This document shows, one piece after another, positions 1-14,952 of a DNA stretch of 64,000 bases. Numbering within the stretch: the stretch's first letter is position 1; every line of letters starts with the position of its first letter. The position numbers were made by a program, and so were the translations under genes. The stretch comes from Camelus ferus (taxonomy: Eukaryota), in contig NC_045697.1 of assembly GCF_009834535.1 (NCBI RefSeq), forward strand, positions 49,416,001-49,480,000, in the 5' to 3' direction. Below the pieces are notes generated by a model, which was not told the origin of the DNA, did not search any database, and saw only the letters and a program-made list of their open reading frames with translations.

Positions 1-1950
1 AGACAGTAGTTACCATTTTCATCTTTTAAAAAAGAACCATCAGTAAACCATGAAATATCACCATTTGATAAAGGGGTTCCTTACAAATCATAATGGGGAG
101 TCAAGAGCCACAGTTAAACTGTCATGAGGAGTTTTGTCAGTAGAAGAAGGAAGAAGGGTGGCAAGGTTAGGGTTATTACAGCAAGCAAGAGTGATGCAGG
201 GTGCAGTCAACAAGAGAATTTCATGGGGAGTAAGGAGTCTTGCTGAAAGGTGTTGGGTATGATAGGAATCCAGAAGGGCTTTCAACAGCATGAGGAACAA
301 AGATGGTCAGAGAGGAATCCATGACTGTTTTTTGGTGGCCTTGACCAAAAGAGCAGAGTCAGGAATGGCTCAGAGGCAAGGGGGTATCCTTGTGCCGCAG
401 GGTCTAGCTGGGGTACCCTTTGGGTGATGGCAGTCTCTGTGCTTTTGAATAAGCACCCTGAGGGCATTTCACTGCTTTTCATAGACTTAGAGGAAATGAG
501 GAAGTTGGTAATTAGGGTGTCCAAGGGCAGAGGGATTCATTAAGCTTTCCTTCAGGGTTTTAAAAGCTAGATCATCCTGATCTTCCCAAATAATAGGATC
601 AGGCTTATGTTTTTCAACAAGATATATATAGGGTCTGAGCCATAAGAGGAAAATTTGGAACTCAGTTATGACAATAGTCAACTAAGCCAAGAAAGCCGCA
701 TAGTTGGCATTTAGTTTGGGGCATTTAGTTCAGGATGCTGTGAAGCCTGTCTAGATCTACGTGTAGTCCTTGTTCTGAAATCAGGTGTCCTAAACGGCAA
801 GTGCGAGTTGGAACTGTAGCTTTTCCTTGGAGGTTAAAAGCTTTAACAGGGGGATGCCATCTTCCTGTGGGGAGGCCTAGGAAGGGGAGCAGAGAAGCAA
901 GTCATCTGCATATTGTAACAGGAAACTTTACATCATCTAAATAAGCTTCTAGGGTTTGTGAGAAGTAAAAAGGGCTTTTAGCTAAACCTGGGGCATTACT
1001 GTTCAGGTGTATTGTTATCCTTCCCAACTAAAGGCAAAGAGGTATTGACAGACCTTGTCTCCGGGGAAGCTAAAGAAGGCACTACACAAATCAATCACAG
1101 TGAAAAACTTCCTTTCAGTAGAGATGGGAGCTGATAAGGCGTGACAGTATTGCAGAGACTGATACAAGGGATTGTAAACCCCTGGGCTCTATAATCCTCT
1201 GTGATTGGTCTGATTCCCTGTAAGCTCTCTTTATAGGGTATTGATTAATTCTGGGGAGAGTCTTTGAGGGTTCAATTTGGATTTTTTTAGCCATCGCTTT
1301 GTTTTATTTTTTAATTAAGATATAGTTAACTTACAATATTATATAAATTTTAGGTGTACAACATAGTGATTCACAATTTTTAAAGTTTATACTCCATTTA
1401 TAGTTATTATAAAATATTGGCTATATTCCCTGTGCTGTGTAGTATATCCTTGTAGTGTATTTATTTTATACATAGTAGTTTGTACCTCTTAATCCCTTAC
1501 CCCTACCTTGCCCCTCCTCCCTTCCCTCTTCTCACTGGCAACCACTATTTGTTCTCTATATCAGTGAGTCTGTTTCTTTTTTGTTATGTTCTCTAATATG
1601 TTTTATTTTTTAGATTCCACATATAAGTGATATCATACAGTATTTGTCTTTGATCAATCTGGATTTTGACAGGAGGAGCACTGTGGGTTCTGTCAATATC
1701 TGATGAGTTCATCCATAGAGATGATGGCATTTGGCCCAAGAGGGGTGAATAGTTAGAATCTTTGACATCTGCTTTTGTGTTGTCAGAGACAGAGCAAATA
1801 AATGATATCAAAGAGGATTCATTTGACCCGTTGGACTGGCTATTTTGGCTATCATTGTCAAATTCTAAAATTATTTCCTTTTTCCAGGAGAAAGGCATTT
1901 CTGCATGATATTTGTCAAAAAATCTCAGCCTAATGGGATAGGGGTAGAAG
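1..1950 (-). mobile_element. Decayed ERV1-class pol fragment (RT/RNase H)
   Basis: Minus-strand LQYADD (~901-918), WFTDGSF (~30-50) and RT thumb-like 'AFKTLKESLMNPSALGHPNYQLP'; many stops and frameshifts. Confidence 0.85.
1286..1653 (-). mobile_element. L1 3'-end fragment nested in the ERV pol
   Basis: Typical L1 3'UTR in reverse; target-site duplication TCAAT(T/C)TGGATTTT at 1272-1285 and 1654-1667. Confidence 0.85.
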
Positions 1951-2589
1951 TTAAAAACCAGGCACGTCATGTAAAACTTACATTAAATAAATTCGTGGGC
2001 TTTTCTCCTGTTACTCCATCCCTTTCAGTTTAATTTTCAGACCCAAACAGGGACATTAAAAAGGCTGAGGAAAACTTTTTCCTCTAGTATAAGGCATTTA
2101 AAATAGTCAGAGTCATAGCAGCCAGGGACTAGGGAGAAGGAGAAATGGAAAGTCACTAGCCAACAGGTATAAACTTTCAGTTATGCAAGATGAGTACATT
2201 CTAGAGATGTGCTGTACAATTTTGTGCCACAGTTAACAATACTGAATTGTACACTTAATTTTTTTAAGAGGATAGAGCTCATACTGTGTTCTTATCACAC
2301 AAAAAGCAAAAATGAATTGTTTTTTAAAAAATATGGCGGCTTGGCCTACGGTGGTTGTATAGGAGACGGAGAGAGTTGATTTTTAAAATATTCTATCTTT
2401 TAAAGCATGCAAGTAACATATGCCTATTATAAAAATAAACCAAACAGTTCATAGTGTAATCCGTGGCCTCTCCTCCCCACTCAGAGGTAGCAGTCTCTCC
2501 AGCAGCACTGCCTAGAGATGACTGCTCTCTGTATTCACCACAACTTCTTTAATGCATTTATGTCTTAACACGTAGATTTTATTTTTATT

Positions 2590-3340
2590 CAGGTATGGTG
2601 AGGCGAACAGATCCGGAGAAGATTGCCATTGAAAAGATAGCTTATTACTTCCAGTTCCCAAAAGGCGAGAGGCACACTGTGGCCACTCTGCAAAGTCACA
2701 GGAGAGAACACCGAGGTTGGTCTCAAGGAGAGAGAGAGATGGGGGAAGTGTGAAAGAGCCTTTTTGTGGTCTTTGAGGGAAGGAATATCTGCTGACACAG
2801 GGTAAATAGGCTAAATAGATCTAAGATTGGCTAGTTTGAATAATTTCATTGCCCCTAGTTGTCTGATACTGGCCCTTCATGATTAGGGCTGTGGGTATAG
2901 TGGCCCTGAGCTGTAAAAGCCAGTAACGAAGGTGGTTGGGGGTATGGGCTCTGGATTGGTTGGTTTGCATATGAAAGTTGTTTTCAGAGTCCTTTGCTAT
3001 CTCACAGGGAAATATATTCAATATCTTGTAATAAACTATAATGCAAAAGAATCTGAAAAAAGTGTATATATATGTATATTCATATATGTGTGTGTATATA
3101 CATATATATATAATCTGTGTGTGCATATGTATATATATATATAATCTGAATCACTTTGGTGTGCACCTGCAACTAACACAATATTGTAAATCAGCTATAT
3201 TTCAATAAATAAACAAACAAACAAGCCTCATGCTGTCTCTAGGAATCAGCGAATCTTGGGAGGGGCATCCTTCTCTTTACCAGCAAGGCCCCAAGATGCC
3301 AAAGCTTCAATACAGAGACTAGAAAATGTGACTCATACAA
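2590..3340. mobile_element. Solo LTR (MER21-like) interrupted by an L1 3' tail (~3003-3225)
   Basis: LTR-like sequence resembling the recalled MER21 consensus, resuming after an L1 tail with AT/TG microsatellite and A-rich end. Confidence 0.55.
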
Positions 3341-4559
3341 TGTTTTCTTCCAAATTGAGTTCAGATTATATATATTTCAGCAGGTTGCCTTTTTCACATA
3401 GATATGAACATCTTTTCATGACAGAGGCTATTGATCTACATTTTAAAAAGTGACTACACAGTATTCTGTATAAATGTATGACAACTTATTTAACCATTCT
3501 ATAATTTATGAACTTTTAAGTTTTTTCCAGGTTTTCATGATCATGAACAATATGGTAGTGAAAATCCTTGGCACTTTTTATGTGGGTGTATAGTTTTATA
3601 AGATAGTTTAAAGTGGAATTTCTGGACCAAAGGGTTTACGTATCACAAATTTGTAATTTAATAGATTAATTACATAATTTAATCTCAGTTAAAATTTAAT
3701 CTAGTTTAATTCCACAAAAGTGAAACAACATTTACATTCCCACCAGTAGTGTATGGAGAGAGCCTTTTTTCTCATACTCTCAATAAGACAGGATTTTATG
3801 TCTTTTAACTTTTGGTCAATTTGGGGGAAAATGTTAGGTATCAACCACTAACAAAAAGTGAGCCAATATGAAAATATCAGACAAAAGAGAATTCAAGGCA
3901 AAAAGGATTTAAAACAGCAGGGGGGTATTTTACTTTGGTAAGTCCAAGAAAATAGCCATGAACCTTCATGAATTATATTACCAATGTCAATGTCATATGG
4001 TTCAATCTAATATTCAGTTACCTAGCTTTAAAACATATAATGCAAAGATTCAGAAATACAAGGATAAATTGCCAAACCTGTACTTATCATAGAAATCTGA
4101 AAAATACTTTTTTTCCATAGATGGGCAGATCAGAAAGAATAAATAAGGATAAAGAGGATTTGAATAACATAATTAACAAGCTTGACCTACTAACTACATG
4201 TAAGGAAACAGATTATAAGTTTCTTTGTAAGTCCCCACAGAATATTTAGTACTTACCAGCACACACATGAACATCTTAGATTTATTGAAAAAGTACGTTT
4301 TCTGGGAATATATTAAAATATTAATGGTTTAGGTTATAACCTCAGGAAAAAGTGTCCATATTTGGAATAAGCAAGAAAAGGCAGGATGTTTCAATCAAGT
4401 GTTGCAAACAGAGAAAAGCCAGCCACAAGGGAGAACGCCTCGGCCCCTGCATGGCTCAGGCGGGGCCCCTCGAGCTCTGGGGCCCCCAGGCCCATCTGTC
4501 TTGTCAGCACTCTTCTGTTTCTGGGTTAAAGAGCTCAGCCTTCTCAGATGTGGCTTGAG

Positions 4560-4982
4560 AAACACAGCCTCCTAATGTCATAATCCAGGAGAGTAAGAAG
4601 ACTTAGAAGTGGGGATGGGGCAGGAGTGAGCAGCAGAGAGACAGTCTTTAGGGCTTGGGCGTGGGCGTGAGGGAGACACCCAACTGAGCAATCTCCCCCT
4701 TCAAATCCTCATCCCAGGCCTGATCTGACTGAGGTCAAGGGCTGCCTACTGCCAGGAGGCGGGGAGCCCTGAAGGCTTGGCCAGGGCTGGGGATATCACC
4801 ACCGCTGCTGTGAGGAGGTGTGCAGGACTAGGCCTGCACCTTATCTATCAGACTCCAGACCTGGAAGAAATCAGATCATCCTGGGATTGCTCAGCCAACT
4901 CTGAAGACACGATGAGGATCACACCTGTGTGTTAAAGACGTTTCTGCCTCGTTGTGGCTCATAGTGAAAAATTCCAAAGAAG
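4560..4982 (+). promoter_or_regulatory. PPEF2: Probable PPEF2 promoter and non-coding exon 1
   Basis: Unique, non-repeat sequence with TAATCC (CRX/OTX site, 4581-4586), a GC-box-like GGGCGTGGGCGTG (~4658-4670) and a strong donor AAG/GTAAGA at 4982/4983. TSS not determinable. Confidence 0.55.
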
Positions 4983-5399
4983 GTAAGAGCTTTCTTTACA
5001 GCCTAGCATACAGAATTGAGTCAGACCATGAGGACAACAAATTCATGTTTCACATGGGAAATAGATACAGGTTTGGCTTGAGGACAGAGGTCACAGAAAG
5101 CCTCTTTGTTAGCTCATCCACTCACCCAGGGAGGGTCTTTGCTGTGTATGTTTTGAAGTCTTCAAGTCCTGGATGATGAATCTTCCATTTCTTGGATTCA
5201 CTTAGTGGGCACATAATTACCTACATTAAAAAAAAAAAAGATAATGTCAGGTACAGCTAATACTAAGTCAAATCCTGGAAGGACAAGGACTCTCTTCCAT
5301 GTGGTGGAGATATGCCAGTTAACCTGGGAAGATGGCTCAGCTGGGGCATCACCAGCCAGAGAAGCAGTTAGTCATTACCAAGAGGTGCTGATTCAAGCT

Positions 5400-7570
5400 T
5401 GATATGGCCTCAGAGTTGAAGAAAGGAGGCAAGAGAGATGAGGCTGGAGGTGTAAGCTTTAGGGAAGTTGAGTTCTATTTGTGTTATGTGGAGACTGAGG
5501 TGCTCCACTGAAAGTTTAATGGGAAGCTGGGTATATGGGGCTGAAGTTTAGGGATAGTCTAGGATGGAGATGTAGATTTAAGAGGTAGGAAGTGATCGTT
5601 GAAAATGTGAGAGTTGATTAAGTCATCTAGGAAGTATATTTGGAGTGAGGAGGGCAGACATTTGAGACTAGAATACAAATAAATTCGACATTTAAGGGAT
5701 GGATAGAGAAAAATGAGCTTAAGAAAAAGACAATAAATAAAGAGGTAAGAGCAAATACAAGAGAGTCGCATCATGGAAGCCCAAACAGTAGAATTTAAAT
5801 CAAGGTGTGACTTATGAGATGGTGGCCTTGCTAATCTGACAACTTAAAGACTGAAAATTTGAAGCCATGGGAGACATCAGCATGAAAAGTTTTGATCAAT
5901 AGTGAGAATGAAAAACATGATTGTAAGAGGAATTAAGGAAAAATAAGTGATCTACTCAAGAGAAATCTGGATGGGAAGAAAAGAGAGGTTAGGTTATAGT
6001 TTGAGGTCAAAGGATGATGATGATGATGAATTTCTTTGAGAATAGACTTCAGTATGTTTTTAGCCTGAAAAGGAAAAGCTAGTAGAAAGGTTGAAAACAG
6101 GAGAGATACGAGATGACACTTTGAGGGGATTTTTCAAGGGAGGAGCATCTCATGCACTGAGACTGGGGAGGGACGGGGAGGATGCAGTCACATGACAGCT
6201 TTACATTTTTTTTAAATGACGTGGGAGGCAAGGTTCTTAGATAATTTGGTCTACCTGCACTAATGTTCTGCCCAAATCTCCTATTGCAGACTCCCACTTC
6301 CTTTTGTCAGCAAACAGTTCACTCTCCTTTGGACCTACTATCTGTGTCCTGCAGAAATATCGTCCTTACGCTATGGGAAGTGGCAGCTCCACCCAACATC
6401 ATTTTGCTTTCCAGAATGCAGAGAAAGGTATGTGCTTCCCACCTCCAGACTAACTGTGGGTACCCCAAAGTCCACATTGCATAGGGAGGGGCATCTCAGG
6501 GTAGGCAGGAAATCATTACATTTCTCCTGAGGCTGACTCTTGAATATCAGCTTCTCCTCCTTGTGACATGACCACCAGAAAGCTCAGCTGAATATCTTAG
6601 GACTGAGTGAACTATATTTAACAGAATTAAAATTTACTGAAGGAGTCAGTGTTGTCCATTGGGATTTATCCCAAAGTACACATATACAAATGAATGAAAT
6701 AGGATTGGCAAAAAGGGGATGAAAGAGCTCTCCAGGTAGAGGCCACAAAGGTCATGAAGAGAGGTGTATTCAAGGGGCTGAATGGTCTGAAGTGAATGAG
6801 CTGGAGGATGCCATAACACGGGGCCGCTGAGGTTTGCAGAGCCCAGGCCACTCAGGAGCTTGTAGGATTTTTAACTTTATCCTAAAGGCATGAAGAATCA
6901 TGGAAGAATTCAAAATAGGTAGTCCCATATAAAAGACTTAAGATTTGCATAGAAAAAGACCCTCCTGGCTTCCATGAAGAAAAGATTAGGGGAAGGGGTC
7001 ATCTAAGCAAGAGGCGATGATGCCCTGGTCCCGAGTTGGTGGCAGTAGAGATGGAGAGAAGAGGGTGAATTCCAATAATATTCAGGAAGTGGAATTGACA
7101 GGATCCACCTGATGACATGTAAGGGGGTAAGGGGAGAAAGATGCATCAAGAATGACCTCCAGGTTTCTAGGTAGCAAAACTGGGCAGATGATAATGCCAA
7201 TGACTGACTAAAGATAATGGAGAAGAACCAAGTTTGAGTAGAAGGGAGATGATGAGTTTATACACGCTGGGTTTGAGGTGCCCATGAAACATGGAGGTGG
7301 AAGTGCTGAGTAGGCAGTTACATATTCAGATCAGGATTTTGGAAGAGATGTTGGCTGGAGATACACACATTTGGAAGGCATCAGAGTATGGGTGATTGTT
7401 GAAGCCAGAGGTCACTGAAGTAGCCTAGAGCGAGAGGGGACAGGTCAGAGACCAGGGCCTAGGACACAGCCACAGGGACTTAAGCATCAGGTGGAAAAGG
7501 ATGAGCCAGTAAGGAAGGCGGAGGAGAGGCAACCAGAGATGCAGGAGGAAGCAGAGGAAATAGTGACAGG
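5400..7570. mobile_element. Old L2-like LINE fragments flanking PPEF2 coding exon 1
   Basis: Purine-rich L2-type text (e.g. 'gaatgacctccaggtttctagg', 'gggtttgaggtgccc'); boundaries approximate and exclude the exon at ~6311-6427. Confidence 0.5.
6373..6427 (+). CDS. PPEF2: PPEF2 coding exon 1 ([18 protein letters not shown])
   Basis: ATG at 6373, donor G/GTATGT; upstream acceptor TTTTGTCAG probably ends at 6310. Confidence 0.93.
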
Positions 7571-10500
7571 ACCTCGTTTATATGAACCTAAGCATCTTTA
7601 TAATAAGCTCCTGGCTTCCTTGCTTTCTAGTCTGGCAATTAGTCCCAGGCTCACCTTGCATATTTTGGGCTCCAGACCAAGAATAGCTATTTCTCCAGGG
7701 TTTGGGATTTTCACTACCAGGTTGGTCATTATTTCCTACACCTTTTCAGTGAACAGATCTCGAAAATATGTATTATTTTCATAACCAATTTATATTTAGG
7801 ATTGCAATATTTTTACTTAACAACCTTGATATTCATATATTCATATCTCCTTTCTCTTTATTAAAATGTTTTTCTGTAGTGATATTTATGTGGTATTATT
7901 TCCTTTGTCCTACAATACATAAATAATTTCAGAATAGTTATAACAATACTCTTGTAACAATATGATTACTGAAAACTCTTTAAGATTTCTTTGTAGTTCT
8001 TTTTGTCCTTTGGGTATATCTGCTAGGGATATACAAAGTACTGAAATTTCAAGTCATTTGAAATAACTCCTTTGTGTGTGGTTATGCCACCTACTTATGC
8101 AGGGTTAAATTCACTTGTTTTGCTTTTGATTTTTTAGAGATTGATATTTTCCATTTTGATTTAAATTTGGTTTATAATTTTGTAAAACATTTATACAATT
8201 CCCATTCCAATGATCTAGTGCTGTGCAGCAAACTGTCCCAAAACTAAATGGTTTAAGACAACCATTTTATTCTGCTCATGATTTTGTGGGTCAGAATTTG
8301 CAAAGGGCCCAGCTGGATGGTTTGCTTGTGGTCCTCACGGCAGCTGAGGCGGGAAGTTCTGCTTTCAAGTCAGCTCTCCACCCAGCATCTGGTGCCTCGG
8401 TGCCCCTTGACCTCTGTCTCCCCATGTGGTTTCTTTGTCCTTAACATGGAGTTTTAATAGCCAGGTGTATTTGTAACGTTCACCATGGGATTTAGTCTGC
8501 ACAAGGCTGCGTAAGAGTGGCCCGAGCATGTTGTGTTGCACTGTTGAGAAAAGAAGCTCGGTAGAGGATCTTAAACTATCCTACACCTCACAGCGCCCAT
8601 CTCAGTGAAAGGTAATACAGGCTCTAGATAGAGGACTGGGAGGGAGAGACAAAGGGAGAAACAGAGGTGCTGCCCATTCTCCCTGCCCTGAGTAGCTGAA
8701 GCGGTACTGAGGATGTAAGTCTGTCTAGCTGGTAGCACTTGCTTTATAATGCTTGAGGCAAAGGGTTAGCAAACAGCATTTCCGCCGAGACTTGAGGTGG
8801 TGATGTTCCTCCACGTTGCTTATACTCGGCGCAAGTGAGAATCCCGCGTGGAGCTCGGTACACCTGCAGACTCCTGGGCTCCGTGTAGGGATTCTGACGC
8901 CGCAGGTCTAGGGTGAGGGGCAGATGTCTGTGTGTTTCCCATGCCCCCAGAGGGTCTCACTTGAGGTAAATAGCACCTACTCTGAACGGGAGTTCACAGA
9001 ATTCCGTCCTCAGCCCTTGCTGTATTTTGAGTGCCTTTGGGACCTACTTAATAGGGTGACATTTCTTCCTCACAGAAAATCAAATCCTTGATTGGATTAC
9101 ATTCCTCTCAAGTTCTCTTTCCCCCTCTGCTATTGTGCCCCCTCTTAGGGCAATCAGTAAGAATGCCATTAGCTCTCTAATGCAAGCTAAGTATATTAAA
9201 TCAGTCTGTCTCCTGTTCACGAGGTTGACCTGAGTGAGCGTGCAGGATTTCCTTTGGATTCCGGCTTTATCCACAAAGGCTCCATTCATCACCAGCAGCA
9301 CATTCATGGCCAGGAGCTTAAGGAGGATCTAATGACCCATGTGGACAGCTGCCCTCTTCTCTGGGCGGGGCCCAGGGCCTAAATTGACTGCAGGACACCA
9401 TCCTGTGGTACAGGGTCACCCGGCATAGGTCCTGGCAAAAGGAGACGCCCGAAGACAGCCCACCGATTGGACAGTCAGTGCAGTCAGGGCCGTATTGTGG
9501 TGGGGACACTGAAAGCTGCAGGGGTACGGGGACGGCAGGCACTCACCACCACCTGACGTCATAGTTTGGGGAACTTGTGTGTGCGTGTGTGTGTTCTGCC
9601 CAGTCATCATCTCATTCATCTCCTTTTCAGACAAGGACACCTACAGCCCAGGAAGGTGACTTGGCTGAGGCCACATAGCTGGTCAGGGCACTTCCAGGCC
9701 CAGAACCAGACTACTGATACAACATCAAAATGTCCTCCCCACCCTCTCACCCTTGCATCATCCACTCTTTTTTGTGTGTGTTTGAATATGTTTATTTAAT
9801 TTTTATACAATTTTAAAGCTTACTTTCCATTTTCAGTCACTACAAAATAGTGGCTATATTCCCCGTGTTGTACAATACATCCTTGAGCCCATCTTACACC
9901 CAAAAGTTTGTGCCTCCCCTTCCCCCACTCCTGTACTGCCCCTCCCACCCCTCTCCCCACTGGTAACCACTAGTTTGTTCTCTGTATCTGTGAGCCTGCT
10001 TCTCTTTTGTTATATTCACTAGTTTGTTGTATTTTTTAGATTCCACATGTAAGTGATGTCACACATATTTATCTTTCTCTGTCTGACTTATTGCACTTAG
10101 CATGAGGCCTTCGAAATCCATCCATGCTGCTGCAAATGGCAAATTTTCACTCTTTTTTGGCTGAGTGGTATCTGCATCATCCCACTCTTCAAGGATGCTG
10201 CATCCTTGCAACCTCTCCAGTTTCCATCTCCTCAGAATCCAACCTTTTCTATCTCTACACATATAAATGTTTGCATCAAAAAGTGGGAATTCCAATAATC
10301 CTCCAGTGACATTAGCGTAACTAATAGGTAAGAATGGAGCTGGGGTGAGGGCAGGAATGAAAAAAGCACCCTGACCAGCAGTAGGGCAAACTTCCTACTA
10401 GTGGCAACGGGTAGTGCTTTCCCCACCATCTTGTCCCCACGTTACAGTGGGAGAGGCATCCCCAGCCTCCCCGCCAGGCCCAGGGAGCCCCAGCTCACAG

Positions 10501-13500
10501 GCTTCCTTCTCCATCTGTGTCACAGCCTTCAAGGCAGCGGCCCTGATCCAGAGATGGTACCGGCGCTACATGGCCCGCCTGGAGATGAGGCGGCACTGCA
10601 CCTGGAGCATCTTCCAGTCCATAGAGTATGCTGGGCAGCAAGACCAGGTCAAGGTATGGTGCAATACGGGATGGGCCACCTCCAGCTCTGCCTTCCATCC
10701 CCCGGGCAGCAAGGCCTAGATGCCCAGGAGGTGCAGCTGATCTGGACCACTGTTGGGTTCTCTTTTCATTCGTCTGTAAAGCCATGTCTTCTTGGGTTCT
10801 TCTGCAGCTCCACAATTTCTTCAGCTACCTAGTGGACCACTTCACCCCCAGCAGTCACAACGAGAGTGAGTAGGAACCACCCCCGGCACGTCATCCTGTC
10901 TCGGTCAAAGGCGGATGCACACGATGTGACAATGTGAATCCAGCGACTGAGCCAGGGAATGAGCGAGGAGGCTGACAAACAAATGGTTCTCCCAGAAGGA
11001 CACCTGCAGACGAGAGTTGGAGTGCAAGGAGTTTACTTGTTAAATACAAGAAACACTGGTGGGATGAGGAGGGAGAAGGGAAGGGGTTCAAGAAAAGGGA
11101 GGCAGTCAATAAAGGGTAGGTTACTAAACCTGCAACCCACTGTGCCTGGGAAATAGTGCAGAACACGGCCTAGGAGGTGTCCCACCTGAAGGCAGAGGGA
11201 ACTGGGGTCTTTATATGTCAGCTCCTGAGAGTCAGAGTAGGAGGCTGCTGGGAGTGGCAAATGGGGAGGGTTGTTAACTCCGCACTTTCCTGGCCCTCCA
11301 AGCAGGGCTCTCTTCAGAGCCAGGAAAAAATCCCTCAGGCGGAGATGCAGGGGCAGGCATTTGGAAATTAACTGCCTGAACAGCACTGAAAGTCTGAGGC
11401 ATCTGCCACGACACCTGCACTTGCCTGTGAACCCTTTTTCCACCACGGTTTTCCCTTTCCTCCTGCTTACAAACCTAGGCCCCTAAATTTCTGAACTTTC
11501 TAAGTCAATGAATAGAACTGACATCATAAGATAACCACTTTCCCACCCATCCTACTTTGTCATCACTTCGCCGCTTCCTTTCTCCTCTCCTGTGTTGGAG
11601 CCGATGCCAGACTGGCCAGGTCCCACTTCAAGCACAGTCCAGGGAACGGATTCTGTATTGCCCGTGACTGCAGGTCTGATCATAAGCCGGCCCACCCTTT
11701 CCATCCTGACTAGGGGACTTCCTGAACCGCATGTTCACTGAGGAGAGATCTCCGCAGGACTCTGAGATGGAGAAGAGCAGTGACTATGAGTCCATCGAGG
11801 TACCAGACAGTTACACGGGGCCTCGCCTGTCCTTCCCGCTCCTTCCCGACCATGCAACTGCCCTGGTGGAAGCTTTCAGACTGAAACAAGTAAGCTCCCC
11901 CCGGGGGACCCGGATCCCCACCAATTCCACGTAACACAGGAGGAGAGCAGACTCGATGCCGAAGAAATGGCCCTGAGGGTAGGATGTTTGTGTCACGGGT
12001 CCATTAGAGAGATTCCACTTGCCCTTTTCTTAGCCGGGAACTTGTGGTTGATCAGCCAGTTTTTATGTGTTGAAAGCCCATCCTCCTAACATGTAATCAC
12101 TTTGTTCATTTATCCCGCAGGTGATTACTGAGTGCGGCTGTGTGCAGGCACTGCTCTAGGCACTGGGGATATAGCGGTGACCAAGACAGACACAATCTCT
12201 GCCCTCATGGGGCTGACATTCTAGGGTGGAGAAGGGCCATAAATAGTAACAAATAAGTAAATTACATAATATATTAGGTGATAAGAACTATGTCAGAGCA
12301 TAAGCTCAGTTCTAGGTGGCAGAGATAGATGCCAGTTTTACAAGTGGAAGGCGTCACTGAAAAGGTGATTTCTGAGCAGAGGTCGAAGGTGGTGAGAGCG
12401 TGTGCTGTGTGGGCGTCTGGGGAAAGCCTTCCAGGCAGAGGGAACAAATGGAAAGATCCTGAGGCAGGAAGGACCTTGCCTGGACCACTCAGAAACGGCA
12501 GAAAGGTCCTTGTGGCTGGAGAGGAGGGACCCAGGGGACAGCTCTTAGGAGCTGGAGGCAGAGAGGTGGGTTGCGTGGACTTCCATTCTTCTGAAAGTGA
12601 TGGGGAGACATTGAGCACAGGAATGATATAATCCAGCTTGCTTTTTAAAATAATCATTCTGTTTGCTGAATAGAGTGTAGGGAACAGAGGCTGAATGAGG
12701 CAGGGAGGCCAGTTAAGGGACTACTGCCATAGTCCAGGCAAAAAATGGTAGTGGCTTAAAACCCTGGTGACAGGGGTGGAGGCGGTGAGAAGTGGTCAGA
12801 CTCTGGCTTTATGCCAGATTTCAGTCCTTCCCCATGTTCATGTGAAGATAACTCACTGCGGGAGGAGTTGGGATGGCTTTCCCAGTAACGTCAGGGTGAC
12901 TCATGCCGTCAGCATACACACACTTATACACACTTGGCTGAGACAGTCATGTGTTTCTCCAGAGCTGAAGGCATGGAAGGGTCACACAGCACAGACGGGA
13001 TCAAGGATATCGGTTCGGTATTTGGGGGATGATGAAAAGCACAAACAAGGCAGAAGATGGTGAAAAAGGATCTATGCATAGGGTCCCAGGAGCAGTTGAC
13101 TAGGCTCACTTTTGGGGTCCAGGGTCATTGAGCAGTAAAGTTGAGGCCCGTCTTCCCTCACGATGCATGTTACTTTGTACCCTCCTTCCTCATCCTCCTT
13201 GTAGAGGCTGCATGCTCGCTACGTCCTGAATCTTTTGCACGAAGCCAGGAGACATCTGGTACAACTGCCGAACATCAGCCGGCTCTCCACCTGCTACAGC
13301 GAGGAGATCACAGTGTGTGGTAAGAGCCAGTCAGAGACGGCTCTCCGTGCTGGACACGAACCAGAAAACTGCCTGTGATGGGGGAGAGGGCCTGACGGCC
13401 ACGTGGGCAGGCCAGGTTCATATCTCCACATCGATTACATTTACATATTTACTCCACAGTTATTGAAAGGAGAGGTGGCCTGTGGGACCAGACCTGTGGG

Positions 13501-14913
13501 GTGAGATGGCCCAGCCTCCTCCTTACTTTCCAAAGAGATGCAGATTTGACCCCAAACTCATGCTCTCCATTCAGAACAAAATCTCAGCAAATAACCAGAC
13601 CATCCCTTGTTAGAAGACAATTTATTTATTGTATTCGAACAGGCCTGAATGCCTAGCATTATTCCTTCCATCCACGTGTATTTTTCTTCCAGAAAGAAAT
13701 CCTGTGAATGTCAGTCTTCTCTATCTCCTTGTGTTTTCAGTGACATTTGAATACCCGTTATAGGCCGACACCCCACAGTGGAACTCAGGGGAGACTGTAA
13801 TGCACCAGGGACTGTAAACCAGCACTTCTAAGGCCACATGCAGCCTGGAAATATGTCTTATCTGCCTGAAAATGTTCTTAAGTTTCTAAAGTTAACTTCC
13901 AACATTGGAAAATTGGAGATGTCATACTAAAATCCAGATTTCCAAATTCTTGAAAAATCTTGTAACTCTGGCCCTTAGGTGAGTAGCAGCTTCCTACTTT
14001 AGATGAGGCAAGACTCTCTCCAGTTCTCATCCTGGTTTGCAGCCCTGCACTATTTGGTCCCATTTTGCTTCAGTCAAAATATAGGTCATTGTTGGGGGGA
14101 GGGTATAGCTCAGTAGTACAGTGAATGCTTAGCATGCAGGAGGTCCTGGGTTCAATCCCCAGTACCTTCATTTAAAAAATTGTCGCCACCCCCCATAAAG
14201 GTCATTTACTGTTTATGATAGTCACACAGAAGAAATATTGTGCTTTCTGCTTTCAACATTAACTGTCCCATCAGTAAGGGAAGTTACTATTTATCCCCAT
14301 CTTACATGTGGGAAAACGAGTAACCGTAAGTTTGTCAGGTTTTCCTGAATATTTTCCTTCTAATTTAAATTGAGATATAATTACCATAACCTTGTAATAG
14401 TTTTTGACACACACTGGGTATTTTCCTTTTTATAGTAAAAACCAGAAACTGGTGAGGACCAACCAAAACTGACATTTTTTTCTGTCTTTGTTAGGAGATT
14501 TACACGGCCAGTTGGATGACTTAATATTTATATTTTATAAGGTATGAATGCTCAAATTAAGTTCCTGTCTTGCTCTGAGGCTTACTTCAGAAGTTCAAGT
14601 ATAGTAGCTAGTAAACAAATGCTTAAGTATTATTGGGGTTTCAAAATATTTTAATATTTGCTACTATGTAGAAATGCATAATGTAAAATCCATCATTGCA
14701 TTATATTCTAGTGTATTTTTGTAAACTGTTTTAAAAATACAAAATCTCAAGTTAAAGAGAATCATTATTTGGAAAAAAGAAAATTCATAACTAAGTAAAC
14801 AATTTCCTTTATTACCAAAGCAACTGAGAATTATTTTCATGTTTATTTTTAATTATCAAGTACAGAGTATATAACAAGGCATATATTCTATAAATGTAGT
14901 ATTACTTTGTATC

Positions 14914-14952
<39 letters not shown>

